Assembly (NCBI GenBank): GCA_022071965.1
Contig: JAJVIQ010000019.1
Coordinates: 136,793 to 200,792 of the forward strand
Direction: 5' to 3'
DNA from: Gammaproteobacteria bacterium
GTDB taxonomy: Bacteria; Pseudomonadota; Gammaproteobacteria; JAJPIJ01
Length of the DNA: 64,000 nt
The notes below the pieces were generated by a model that was given only the letters and a program-made list of their open reading frames with translations, was not told the DNA's origin and made no database searches. Every line of letters starts with the position of its first letter. Position 1 is the stretch's first letter. Positions 1 to 10,996 of this stretch are shown here, one piece after another. The position numbers were made by a program, and so were the translations under genes.

Positions 1-1755
<1,755 letters not shown>

Positions 1756-2085
1756 GGGGCGCGAATGTTAACAGGCGACGGCCGGGCCTCCCGCCGCGCT
1801 GGCCGGCGGGCGGAAACTCCGATACCGGGATGGCTTCAGATATATGGACATTGCCATCGATTCTTTCACAGGACAACGGCGCTTATCTATAGTGGCCCGT
1901 ACAGTCGACGCTCCCCGGGCGCATGCCGGTGCCGGCGGATTGCCCCCCGCGCAAAGACCCTCTCGCCGGCGCCCGGTGCCGGCGGTCAGGGAAGCGGCCG
2001 GGTGACCGGAGGCATCACCCGGAGCACACTGTCCGGGCAGCCACCAGCCCGGCTTACCGATACGACCAACAAGAGGAGGTGACCC

Positions 2086-2745
2086 ATGGCATTACGCATA
2101 GGCGACGAGGCGCCGGACTTCACGGCGGAGACCACCGAGGGGTCCATACGCTTTCATGAGTGGATCGGGAACGGATGGGCGATCCTGTTCTCGCATCCCA
2201 AGGACTTCACGCCGGTCTGCACGACCGAGCTCGGCTACATGGCGCGGCTGAAGCCCGATTTCGAACGGCGCAACTGCAAGATCATCGGCCTGAGCGTCGA
2301 TCCGGTCAGCGACCACAAGCGCTGGGTCGGCGACATCCAGGAGACCCAGGGCCACGCGGTCAATTATCCGCTGATCGGCGATCCGGAGCTGAAGGTGGCG
2401 AAGCTCTACGACATGCTGCCCGCCGAGACACCGGGCAGCTCGCAGGGCCGCACGCCCGCGGACAACGCCACCGTGCGCTCGGTGTTCATCGTCGGGCCGG
2501 ACAGGAAGATCAAGGCGATGCTCGTCTACCCGATGACCTCGGGCCGCAACTTCGACGAGGTGTTGCGCCTGCTCGACTCGATACAGCTCACGGCCAGGCA
2601 CAAGGTCGCCACCCCGGTGAACTGGAAGCAGGGCGAGGACGTCATCATCGCCGGCTCGGTGAAGGACGAGGAAGCCAAGTCGATGTTCCCGGGCGGGTGG
2701 CGCGCGCCGAAGCCCTACCTGCGCATCGTCTCGCAGCCGAAGTAG
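2086..2745 (+). CDS. 1-Cys peroxiredoxin (Prx6-like)
   Basis: 219 aa. It carries the FTPVCTTE peroxidatic-cysteine motif and the thioredoxin fold pattern of 1-Cys Prx. A GGAGG-like RBS (aagaggagg) precedes the ATG. Confidence 0.85.
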   Translation: MALRIGDEAPDFTAETTEGSIRFHEWIGNGWAILFSHPKDFTPVCTTELGYMARLKPDFERRNCKIIGLSVDPVSDHKRWVGDIQETQGHAVNYPLIGDPELKVAKLYDMLPAETPGSSQGRTPADNATVRSVFIVGPDRKIKAMLVYPMTSGRNFDEVLRLLDSIQLTARHKVATPVNWKQGEDVIIAGSVKDEEAKSMFPGGWRAPKPYLRIVSQPK

Positions 2746-2830
2746 AGTTTCCTCCGCCGTCGTGTGGACAGAGATCTCTTGCCGTGATGCCCGCAACCCC
2801 GGCATCCGGCGGGGGATCGGTACGGTGGTG

Positions 2831-2858
2831 TTGCCGCCTTTGGCCTTCCTTTATACTG
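2831..2858 (+). promoter_or_regulatory. candidate sigma70 promoter for tRNA-Leu (TTGCCG, 16-nt spacer, TATACT)
   Basis: TTGCCG at 2831-2836 and TATACT at 2853-2858, about 20 nt upstream of the tRNA 5' end. Found by eye only. Confidence 0.3.
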
Positions 2859-2877
2859 GCCGCCCTCCCGACATCGC

Positions 2878-2965
2878 GCCGAGATGGCGGAACCGGCAGA
2901 CGCAGCGGACTCAAAATCCGCCGGGGTAACCCCCCGTGAGGGTTCGACTCCCTCTCTCGGCACCA
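2878..2965 (+). tRNA. leuX-like: tRNA-Leu(CAA), class II with long variable arm, CCA encoded
   Basis: GCCGAGATGGCGGAACCGGCAGACGCAGCGGACTCAAAATCCGCC...GGTTCGACTCCCTCTCTCGGCACCA. The acceptor stem GCCGAGA pairs with TCTCGGC, and the anticodon loop CUCAAAA gives anticodon CAA. It closely resembles E. coli leuX. Confidence 0.9.
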
Positions 2966-2966
2966 A
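2953..2966. repeat. attL-like copy of 14-bp direct repeat TCTCTCGGCACCAA (tRNA-Leu 3' end)
   Basis: Exact 14-mer shared with 10763..10776. This copy is the 3' end of the tRNA. Confidence 0.55.
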
Positions 2967-3157
2967 GTCCCCGTCCCCACGCCGCTCCAGCCGTCTCAGT
3001 CCGTCTACGTATCTAGCTGGAACTCAAGGTGTTTTTCGCGGTCTTACGCTCTACGCGTCCAAAATCGTCTCCATGAATCTCGTGTTTCGTGGGGGCATTT
3101 TTGGGGGCACCTGCCCCGCGAAATGGGGGCACATTTTTGCTGGGAGTCGAGTCCGAA

Positions 3158-4030
3158 ATGCCGTTGACAGTAGCCGCGATTAACCACGCCAGACCACGTG
3201 AGAAGGTCTACAAGCTCGCAGATGGTGGAGGCCTGTATCTTGAGGTCCATCCAACGGGCGCACGCTACTGGCGCTTGAAGTATCGCCACGCGAACAAAGA
3301 GCGTCGACTAGCAATTGGCGTATATCCCGATGTAACGCTCGCCGAGGCACGTACGGCGCGAGACAGTGCGCGCAAGCTCATCAAGAGCGGAAATGACCCG
3401 GTCGCGGTGAAGCGCGAGGTGCGCCGCAAAACCGAGTGCGAGGCGGCCAACACGTTCGAAATCATCGCCCGCGAATGGGTCGAGCACCAACGCGCACGCT
3501 GGACACCTGACCACGCAAGCACCGTCCTCCGGACCCTTGAGGCCAACGTGTTCCCAACCTTGGGGGCAAAGCCAATCACCAACATCACGGCGCCCGAACT
3601 GCTGGCGGCCATCCGCTCGGTTGAACGCCGCGATGCGCTGGAGGTTGCCTCCCGTGTGGCTCAGCGCTGCGGCGCGGTGTTCCGTTTCGCAATAGCGACG
3701 GGACCTACAACCCCGCTGCAGACCTTCGTGGCGCATTGAAGACAAGGAAGGTTACCCACCACCCCGCGCTCATGGCCAAGGACCTGCCGGAGTTCCTGGA
3801 TAACCTGGCTGCTTACGATGGCGATGAGCAGACTAAGAACGCCTTGAAACTCCTGATGCTAACCTTCGTCCGCACCGGTGAGCTTCGTGCCGCCGAGTGG
3901 AGCGAGTTCGACCTTGAGGGCGCGACTTGGCGCATACCGGCCGAGCGTATGAAGATGCGCGCACCTCACATCGTGCCGCTGTCGAAGCAGGCCGTCGAGG
4001 TCTTGAAGGCGCAGCAGGCACTTACCGGCC
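3158..4030 (+). pseudogene. int: P4-type tyrosine integrase, frameshifted and C-terminally truncated
   Basis: The N-terminus MPLTVAAINHARPREKVYKLADGGGLYLEVHPTGARYWRLKYR...RLAIGVYPDVTLAEARTARDSARKLIKSGNDP is the classic P4-integrase arm-binding domain. The reading frame breaks near 3712 at ...VFRFAIATG. The protein continues in the next frame (TYNPAADLRGALKTRKV...ELRAAEWSEFDLEGATWRIPAERMKMRAPHIVPLSKQAVEVL). Homology then ends near 4030, before the catalytic R..H..Y region. Confidence 0.75.
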
Positions 4031-4129
4031 TACCCGGGTTTCGAATTGTTGGCGGTTGGAAACCTGACAGCTCGGGAGCCTCCATAGCTAAACGCAAGAC
4101 GAATGGCACCAAGCCACCGCACCATCAAG

Positions 4130-4642
4130 ATGAACCGCGCCCCGGTGCTCACATTGTGGGCGGCCGTAGTGGCCGAGCGCTTGGGCTTCGACTGGGACGA
4201 GGCACTCACCATCGGTCGAGCCCTCGCCGGCCTGAACGCCTACGCCAAGGGCGTCTCCATCGGCCTGTTCCAGCCGACACCGAATGAGGTTAGGGAGCAG
4301 CGCCACAAGCTCCCCCCTGCGGAGACATTCACCGTCGACCTGCTGCATCGTGCGGTCCCGGCCGTCCATACCGGGCAGGGTGTGCGCGCACTGGACGAGG
4401 AGAAGCCCGCCGACCCGGCCAGCGTAAAGCAGTACCTGGAGGGCAAGTTCAAGGACGCCTTACCGGACGTGTACGAGGCTATGAAGACGCTTGCCGACGC
4501 CTACCCGCCAAGGAAACTCGCGGTAGAGGCCTACCACCTGTACGAGCAGTTCCGACCGGCCGTGCCCGCCGGGCAGCGTGGATGGGGTGCTGCCGGCGTA
4601 CTCGACCTCGACGCAATCAGAGGTCTGGCGCGGTTGGCCTAA
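4130..4642 (+). CDS. hypothetical protein (about 170 aa) of unknown function
   Basis: ORF 4103/4130..4642 (MNRAPVLTLWAAVVAERLGFDWDEALTIGRALAGLNAYAKGVSIG...). Its amino-acid composition looks coding. It is GC-rich, unlike the adjacent R-M genes. Its 3' end overlaps the res stop convergently by 26 bp. I recognise no family. Confidence 0.4.
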   Translation: MNRAPVLTLWAAVVAERLGFDWDEALTIGRALAGLNAYAKGVSIGLFQPTPNEVREQRHKLPPAETFTVDLLHRAVPAVHTGQGVRALDEEKPADPASVKQYLEGKFKDALPDVYEAMKTLADAYPPRKLAVEAYHLYEQFRPAVPAGQRGWGAAGVLDLDAIRGLARLA

Positions 4643-7600
4643 CATCCGCCGTTGCTGTCTCGGAGATCTGCGCCCCTACGTCACTTGCACGTTCCGCAAG
4701 CACGTACTGCCAGTAGCCGTAGGTTCCATCAGCATTCACTGCATTGGCCCACCGATGCGCCGCCTGCGCTTTCACGTCTTTCAGCGGGTCATACCCCTTC
4801 GTTTCAAATATCACAAACCGGTTGGATGTACCCTGCAGCCGGATGATGAAGTCGGGTATGTAGTCATGTGCCTGACCATCATGGAGATAAGGAATGGCAA
4901 ACCCGAGGTTGGCGTTCTTTACGAATGCTGAGACGTTGTCGTGAGTATCTATTGCGACAATAGCAGCCTGTTCCAGGCCGGAGTCGGCAACCATGAGGTT
5001 TAAATGACTCTTTTCAACTTGAACCACATTCTTGCTGGTCCAGAAATCGACTTCCGACGTGGTGCCCGGCCCGCGGTGCTTTTCAAACGACGGCAATTCC
5101 GCCGCCTCCCCTTGCATAACGTCCGGTTTAATGGCGGCGGTCAGTCGCTCGATGATCCAACCATAATAGGGGGATAGAAAGGCATCGAAGATGCTCGCGG
5201 GAGACAATGGCTTAACTCGCTCACGTAAATAACGGTCAACAATCTTCGCGATCTGCGGAAAAAGGGCGTGAGCTGGCGCTTCGCAGGAGGGTTGGGCGCA
5301 ATATTCTCGCGTCAGATCGCGCGCCATCTCAAACACCAGTGCCTGTAGGCGCTGGCCCGATCGGTAGGGATTGAGGTTCACGCTGACGATCTTTCCGGGG
5401 CCAAGCAACGAGTAGCGACCTTTGTTGCTTGGCACCCCGGCCTTCATTTCAACTTGTGGCGGGATTCTTACCGGATCCAGATCCAACGTTGCCACAGAGT
5501 TCCAATCAACGACAATACGATTAAGGATTTTTTGCCTGTATCCCATTACGCGAGGAAATTGAATTTCAAACTGCTTTTTCTGCGGAAGTGCATGGACGTG
5601 GAATCGCTTAGCGCGCGGTTGAGTAGGCGCACCCTGATTGGCCTTGAACGGAATGACCTCAAACGGCACTCCAAATATCTTCGCAACTTCCTCGCTGAGT
5701 AGCCCCGTGGTCTCGTCAATTTCGTAACTAGAACGCCGTAGCCCGCGACCCACCACCTGTTCGCACAGCAACTGCGACATGAATGGTCGCAGTCCGACGA
5801 TGTGAGTGACTGTGTTGCAGTCCCACCCTTCCGTCAGCATGCCGACGCTGACGATGCAGCGTATATCCCGACCCGGCGGGTGCGACGGGCGGCCGAGTTC
5901 TTTTGCCAGATCCTCGAAGCCATCGGGGTAAATTGGCCGCCCCGACCGATCGTTTGGCCAATTTACTTTGCCCACGGTGTCAAGCGTCAGCCGCATCCAA
6001 CGCATCTCGTCTGACTTCGCTTCATCGCTGTCTGTCTCGTGCACAACTTTGGTATCGACGCGAATTGTATGCGTCAACACGTCAGTGTTGCGTAGTTGCT
6101 CCAGCCGCGCCGACGCGATACCGGTTGGCGGTTTATCCTCTGCGAGCCACTCGTAGACTACCTTCGCGATTCGGGTGTTCTTGCAGACCAGAATAAACAC
6201 CGGCGGTCTTGGATCGTCAGTATTCCGGAGCCATTCCTTACGGGTCTGCTCCCACAACCCCCCCAACATGACTATCGGTGTGTATGCATACTGCAAGATT
6301 GCATCAGGTCTTGGATTGGCGCGCCGTCCACCACGCTGAGCAGCCGTCAGTTGAGGCAAAATCCAATGCCAGATGTTGAAGTACCCAGGAATCTCCTTGC
6401 CTGCCGTATCTCGCACCGCCAATTGCGGGATTTTCACCAGTCCCGACTCAATCGCGTCCGTCAACCCGAAATCGCTCACCACCCAAGGGAAGGTGCGATT
6501 GGTGTCCTGTCCGACCCGTCCGAGGTAATAGGGTGTCGCCGATAGATCCACACAGAAATTGATTCCTCGCAGCTTGTGAATACGGTCCAACCCGTCAATC
6601 CAGACAGTAGCTTCCTTGAAGAATTCGTCGATTTCCTCTTCATCGAATAAATCTTCCTCGCCCTCATCTGGCTCCGGTTTGCGGATGCGGTAGGCGTGAT
6701 GCGCCTCATCATTCAGCACGAGGATGTTTTTCTTTCCCCCAACCTCGCGCCCGAGTATTCGGTGAACGAGGGCCGTGTCGCTTTCAACGTACTTGCGCGA
6801 TTCGATGATTACTTTCTTCAGATTGCCGTCTATGTCGCACTCTTCCTCGATAATCTCAATCATTCCTGCATTAACCTGCCGCCGTAAATCCTCCAACGTC
6901 AGGTAGCGCGTGCCACGTGCCGTCGTCGACTTTTCTCCGATGGCGATCTTTTCCTTCACCCGTACCGGCTTGCCTGCCTTGGCAACCTTGGCGCTTGTCC
7001 CGCCAACTTGCACGGACTTCGGCTCGAATACGTGCCAGTTTGTGACTAGCACGCGCCCCTGCGTCATGAGCGGCATAAGGTGCTCAGGAATAAGGTCGCG
7101 GGTGCGGTAAAGACTCGCCTCGCCCGCCTCGGGATTCAACTCCGCCAAGCGGTTGCGGATGGTGACGTTGGGACAGACCACCAGCACCACATCGGAGAAC
7201 CGCCCGTCACTGCGATTGTTGAGCTTGTTAAGTATGCTCCACACGACCAACATGCCCATGACGGTCGTCTTGCCACTGCCAGTTGCCATCTTGCAGGCGT
7301 AGCGACGGAAGGCGCGATAGCCCTCGGCTCGGCGTTCCTCACTCATTTCATCCAGTGGCACATCGATACCTTGCAGGAAGTCCGACCGCGCCTCGGTGAG
7401 GAAAATAATCGTCTCCGCGGCTTCAAGCTGCGCGAAAAACAAACGATGCTTGCGTCCGTCGCGTCTCCAGTATTGAAGCAATTCTAATGAGGTGCGACTG
7501 ACACCGGGCCACTGCTGATCTCGCCACTCGCTGATCTGTTTTCGGACCTGATTTACCAACGTTAGATCTTGCCACTGCCCGCGCGCCTCATGTTCGCCAG

Positions 7601-7757
7601 CGTTGGATGTCCCCCGAGGTTCGCGATAGAAGTAACCGGCCGGACGGCGGCCTTTCCGCTCCTCTGGTGGTTCGCCTTCTGATATATACCAATATCGCGC
7701 CGGCTCCTCGTAGGGGCAGTTAAGGATTGGCTGCGGGACCTCGTAAGCCTCAGGCAC
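4617..7757 (-). CDS. res: Type III restriction enzyme Res subunit (SF2 helicase with C-terminal PD-(D/E)xK nuclease)
   Basis: 1046 aa. Walker A is CKMATGSGKTT and the DEAH box is LNDEAHHA. Helicase motif VI-like is QVVGRGLRR. The C-terminal YIPDFIIRL...FVIFETKG is a nuclease motif. It starts 2 bp after the mod stop. The region has visibly lower GC than its flanks. Confidence 0.85.
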   Translation of the reverse strand: MPEAYEVPQPILNCPYEEPARYWYISEGEPPEERKGRRPAGYFYREPRGTSNAGEHEARGQWQDLTLVNQVRKQISEWRDQQWPGVSRTSLELLQYWRRDGRKHRLFFAQLEAAETIIFLTEARSDFLQGIDVPLDEMSEERRAEGYRAFRRYACKMATGSGKTTVMGMLVVWSILNKLNNRSDGRFSDVVLVVCPNVTIRNRLAELNPEAGEASLYRTRDLIPEHLMPLMTQGRVLVTNWHVFEPKSVQVGGTSAKVAKAGKPVRVKEKIAIGEKSTTARGTRYLTLEDLRRQVNAGMIEIIEEECDIDGNLKKVIIESRKYVESDTALVHRILGREVGGKKNILVLNDEAHHAYRIRKPEPDEGEEDLFDEEEIDEFFKEATVWIDGLDRIHKLRGINFCVDLSATPYYLGRVGQDTNRTFPWVVSDFGLTDAIESGLVKIPQLAVRDTAGKEIPGYFNIWHWILPQLTAAQRGGRRANPRPDAILQYAYTPIVMLGGLWEQTRKEWLRNTDDPRPPVFILVCKNTRIAKVVYEWLAEDKPPTGIASARLEQLRNTDVLTHTIRVDTKVVHETDSDEAKSDEMRWMRLTLDTVGKVNWPNDRSGRPIYPDGFEDLAKELGRPSHPPGRDIRCIVSVGMLTEGWDCNTVTHIVGLRPFMSQLLCEQVVGRGLRRSSYEIDETTGLLSEEVAKIFGVPFEVIPFKANQGAPTQPRAKRFHVHALPQKKQFEIQFPRVMGYRQKILNRIVVDWNSVATLDLDPVRIPPQVEMKAGVPSNKGRYSLLGPGKIVSVNLNPYRSGQRLQALVFEMARDLTREYCAQPSCEAPAHALFPQIAKIVDRYLRERVKPLSPASIFDAFLSPYYGWIIERLTAAIKPDVMQGEAAELPSFEKHRGPGTTSEVDFWTSKNVVQVEKSHLNLMVADSGLEQAAIVAIDTHDNVSAFVKNANLGFAIPYLHDGQAHDYIPDFIIRLQGTSNRFVIFETKGYDPLKDVKAQAAHRWANAVNADGTYGYWQYVLAERASDVGAQISETATADVRPTAPDL

Positions 7758-7759
7758 GT

Positions 7760-10537
7760 CTACCGAGCCTCCTTCAGCGACTTCACGACCATTAACTCAT
7801 TGCCGCGGTCGTCGATGACTTTTACCGCCACTTGACCATGCTCGCCAGCTTCGAACGGTGCACTGACACTGCCGGCGAGATGTTCCCACACCGAGTCTTG
7901 GAACTCCCCTTTAAGCGCCCTCTTGAGGGAATCCCAAGCGCCTGTGCGGGGGAAAAATGCCTGGCAGACGTGAAAGCACAGGCCGTTGTAATCGGTGTCG
8001 AGGAACCAGGCCGGCACATCGTCACCTTTTCGCTGGTCCACCTCCATCGTCACGGGATCGAAAACATCCAGACCAAGCAATTTGACGGCATAGCACAATG
8101 GCTCATCCGCGACAGTCTTAACCTTGCTCACCTTGACCTCGGGAAGTCCACAGACGCTAAAGATCTGGCTGGAACGCATGTTCTTGAGCAAATCACCCAT
8201 GAGCAAATCGGGCGTTGCTTGCACGTACGTCGCGGGCACACCTACCGCCGCCTCGCACTTCTCGATCAGTTTTCGTGCGTCAGGCTGAATCGCAAAGCCG
8301 ATTACGTACAAGTAATCATAATGCTTGGCATGTGCCTCACGCGCCGCTTCGTAAACCAGTTTCTCGCTGACGGCACCACCCTCTGGTCCGAATACGATGG
8401 CAACAGGACGGCCGGATAAAGGCAACGTGCTGCTGTTCTCCTCGTCTGCGACCTGCAATGCCTCGTCAATCGATATCGGGCCTGGTATGTGCGCGACCTC
8501 AACAATCGCCTCAGCAGAAAGCGTGAGGGTCTTCGCTGGTGGGCGGACATTGCGCAGGGTGGCCGACTTACCGCCATCGATATGTAGCGCCGGCGAGCGG
8601 CGTAGCACTTCAAGCATGCGGTCGACGAAGCTGCCGTGCGACTCCGCCACGGTGGCGACGCCGGAATCCTCGACGCCGTCTCCCTCCCAGTCTATAGGCG
8701 TGGGGATGGTCGCCTCGACACAGAAGGGACCGGTGACTCTCGTGATTTTGTCATTAGTCTCTGGTCGGTCCACCAGCACCTCTTCAGCGGGCGGTTCGTC
8801 ATTGGCGATACTCCCGAGCGTAATATGCGGCACGATACCGCCGACCTCCTCGCCCTTGCTGTTCTGTCTCCGCTTGTAGACGAAACCGCCGGCAGGGCCG
8901 CGGTCGCACTCCTTCAGTTCGTAGTACGGGAACGTGGCAGTGAGCAGCCGTTGCCTCGCCAAAGCCAGTGGGACTCGGCTTGTATCAACGGTTATCCAGC
9001 GCCGCCCCCACTGTTCGGCGACATAAGCTGTGGTGCCGCTACCGCAAGTCGGATCCACGACAAGATCACCTGGGTCTGTGGTCATCAGCATGCAGCGTTG
9101 TATGACCTTGGCCGTTGTCTGAACCACATATGACTGCTCTTCCGTGAAGCTCCCGGCCCCGCTATCGGTCCATACGTTGTTCAAATACGCCACCGGGAAA
9201 TCATCGAGAAAAGATGCCGCCCGAACGTTATCCCCTACGGGGAAAACACGTCCAAGTTCCGCAAGACGCTGGAGACCACTCATGGTGAACCTCCAATGTT
9301 TGTTGTGCGGAACTCGGTATGAGCGACCCTTAAACTCGAAGACTTCGTCCGAGTTCTTGCTCGCGCCCTGAGCATATAGGGCCATACTCTGAAACAGGCG
9401 AATCCCCTTCGGTACCTTGTCGGGGTGCTGTTGCTCACCCATAGAAACTGTCTTGACGTCGCCAGCCGAATCAAAGTAGTACCGGAATGCTGCCAATCCT
9501 GCAGGCGCCTGATCCCGAGGAAAGAACAACTGCCGATATTTCATCCGCGACGGGTCTTTGGAGTACCAAAGAAGGTAGTCGCACACTGTCGGTAGACGTC
9601 CTGTATCTAACCCTCCCGTTTTCTTGAATGAAATTTGGCTCACGAACGATTCCGCTCCGAAAATTTCATCCATTACCTCGCGAACATGATGCACATTCTC
9701 ATCTGAGATCTGCACGAATATGCTGCCGGACGGTGCAAGTAAGTCGCGGGAGAGCAATATCCGGTCGCGCAAATAGGTGAGATAGGAGTGCAGGCCCAAC
9801 TCCCAGGTGTCGCGGTAGGCCTTAACCATCTCCGGCTCGCGCGTCATGTCCTCGTCGTCATTGTGGGCTACGTCGCGCCTGCGCACGAATGGTTGGAAAT
9901 TACTCCCGAATTTCACCCCGTAGGGCGGGTCCATATATATCATCTGCACCTGCCCTCCCATGCCCTCATAGTGCAGAAGCGAGTTCATCGCTGCGAGCGA
10001 GTCCCCGAGCACCATACGGTTTGTCCAGCCGTTCATGTGCTCGTAGGCGCGGAGCACCTGTTCGTGAATCGGATGCTGCCGGTCCCCGAACAGGTCAAAC
10101 AGGTCGATCTGCCTATCGCGCTTGTGGCCTTTCAGCGTTTCGAGGATGGCGCGGGTGCTTAGTCGTTCATGGATGAACAGCGGCAATGTCGGCACGTCGA
10201 ATGACAGGCGCTCGGCCTTGCCAGCCCAGTTAAGGAAGGGCTTGCTGAAAGCGCGAAGTTTCTCGGCGGCGGCCTTGGCCTCGCCCAAATCCTTGGCTTC
10301 AAGAATCTGGCGAATCAGCGTCTCACCTTGCTCCCTCGTCGGGTTCTGTCCATCCCAATCCAACGCCGGAGACAGTGAAGAATCGAATCGGTATGTTTTT
10401 GGTGGCTTCTTCTTCCTGAACTGTGCCTGTGTGCCGACCTCTGGGCGCAGTAGCAATGAGGCGGTAGGGTGACTGTAATTTTCAGTTTGTTTTCCTGGTT
10501 GGCCAGTAGCTTTCTCTCGGCCCTTTTTCCTCGGCAT
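7760..10537 (-). CDS. mod: Type III R-M Mod subunit (beta-class N6-adenine/N4-cytosine DNA methyltransferase), unusually long
   Basis: Motif IV IYMDPPYGVKFGSNF precedes motif I VVDPTCGSGTTAYVAEQWGRRWITVD, a circular permutation typical of Type III Mod. There are about 400 aa after motif I. The ORF is open to 10612 (alternative starts at 10612 and 10570). The ATG at 10537 (MPRKKGREK) follows a G-rich RBS. Confidence 0.85.
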   Translation of the reverse strand: MPRKKGREKATGQPGKQTENYSHPTASLLLRPEVGTQAQFRKKKPPKTYRFDSSLSPALDWDGQNPTREQGETLIRQILEAKDLGEAKAAAEKLRAFSKPFLNWAGKAERLSFDVPTLPLFIHERLSTRAILETLKGHKRDRQIDLFDLFGDRQHPIHEQVLRAYEHMNGWTNRMVLGDSLAAMNSLLHYEGMGGQVQMIYMDPPYGVKFGSNFQPFVRRRDVAHNDDEDMTREPEMVKAYRDTWELGLHSYLTYLRDRILLSRDLLAPSGSIFVQISDENVHHVREVMDEIFGAESFVSQISFKKTGGLDTGRLPTVCDYLLWYSKDPSRMKYRQLFFPRDQAPAGLAAFRYYFDSAGDVKTVSMGEQQHPDKVPKGIRLFQSMALYAQGASKNSDEVFEFKGRSYRVPHNKHWRFTMSGLQRLAELGRVFPVGDNVRAASFLDDFPVAYLNNVWTDSGAGSFTEEQSYVVQTTAKVIQRCMLMTTDPGDLVVDPTCGSGTTAYVAEQWGRRWITVDTSRVPLALARQRLLTATFPYYELKECDRGPAGGFVYKRRQNSKGEEVGGIVPHITLGSIANDEPPAEEVLVDRPETNDKITRVTGPFCVEATIPTPIDWEGDGVEDSGVATVAESHGSFVDRMLEVLRRSPALHIDGGKSATLRNVRPPAKTLTLSAEAIVEVAHIPGPISIDEALQVADEENSSTLPLSGRPVAIVFGPEGGAVSEKLVYEAAREAHAKHYDYLYVIGFAIQPDARKLIEKCEAAVGVPATYVQATPDLLMGDLLKNMRSSQIFSVCGLPEVKVSKVKTVADEPLCYAVKLLGLDVFDPVTMEVDQRKGDDVPAWFLDTDYNGLCFHVCQAFFPRTGAWDSLKRALKGEFQDSVWEHLAGSVSAPFEAGEHGQVAVKVIDDRGNELMVVKSLKEAR

Positions 10538-10762
10538 AACTACCCCCCAACTGAAGATTTCCTTGTTCATCACCGACGGTCCCCAGTCGGTTGCCAATTG
10601 TTCACGACACATAGAGTACAGGTGACTGCCTCAGATTCCCAAGCTTGGCAGCGAAGTCAATCGCGCCACTTAGGCTTCTGCTGCAACTAGATGCCGACGG
10701 CCACTGTACCGCTCGCCCATCCCGCCCCAAGCTGGTTCAATTTCCGCCCAACGGCGGTTGAG

Positions 10763-10776
10763 TCTCTCGGCACCAA
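10763..10776. repeat. attR-like copy of 14-bp direct repeat TCTCTCGGCACCAA
   Basis: Exact match to the tRNA-Leu 3' end (2953..2966), in the intergenic region just beyond the mod start. A given 14-mer is expected about 5e-4 times by chance in 64 kb. Confidence 0.55.
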
Positions 10777-10996
10777 TTGCTAGCCGGATCGGGTATCATC
10801 ATACTGCGCCGATTTGAAGTGACCAGCTTGCGGGCGCGTAACAAATACAGCTAACGCGGGCAGGAACTCATGAACCCGCCTTGGCTGCCAAGCTGACGCG
10901 GGTCTTCTATTGCACCGCATAGTTAGATAGACAACTTGCCATTGCCACGGTCTATCCGGCCCTCCGTGCCGCGGATGCGCGGCATGATTTCCCCGA

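Noticed and set aside
4617-10612. BREX, DISARM or Type I R-M assignment for the large methyltransferase/helicase pair
   Set aside because: There is no PglZ, BrxC, DrmB or HsdS-like gene. The methyltransferase motif order (DPPY before FxGxG) and the N-terminal helicase with C-terminal nuclease organisation fit Type III mod-res.
10613-10996. Possible small RNA or extra tRNA in the mod-Mrr spacer
   Set aside because: No cloverleaf or conserved structure is recognisable by eye. The only robust feature is the 14-bp attR-like repeat.
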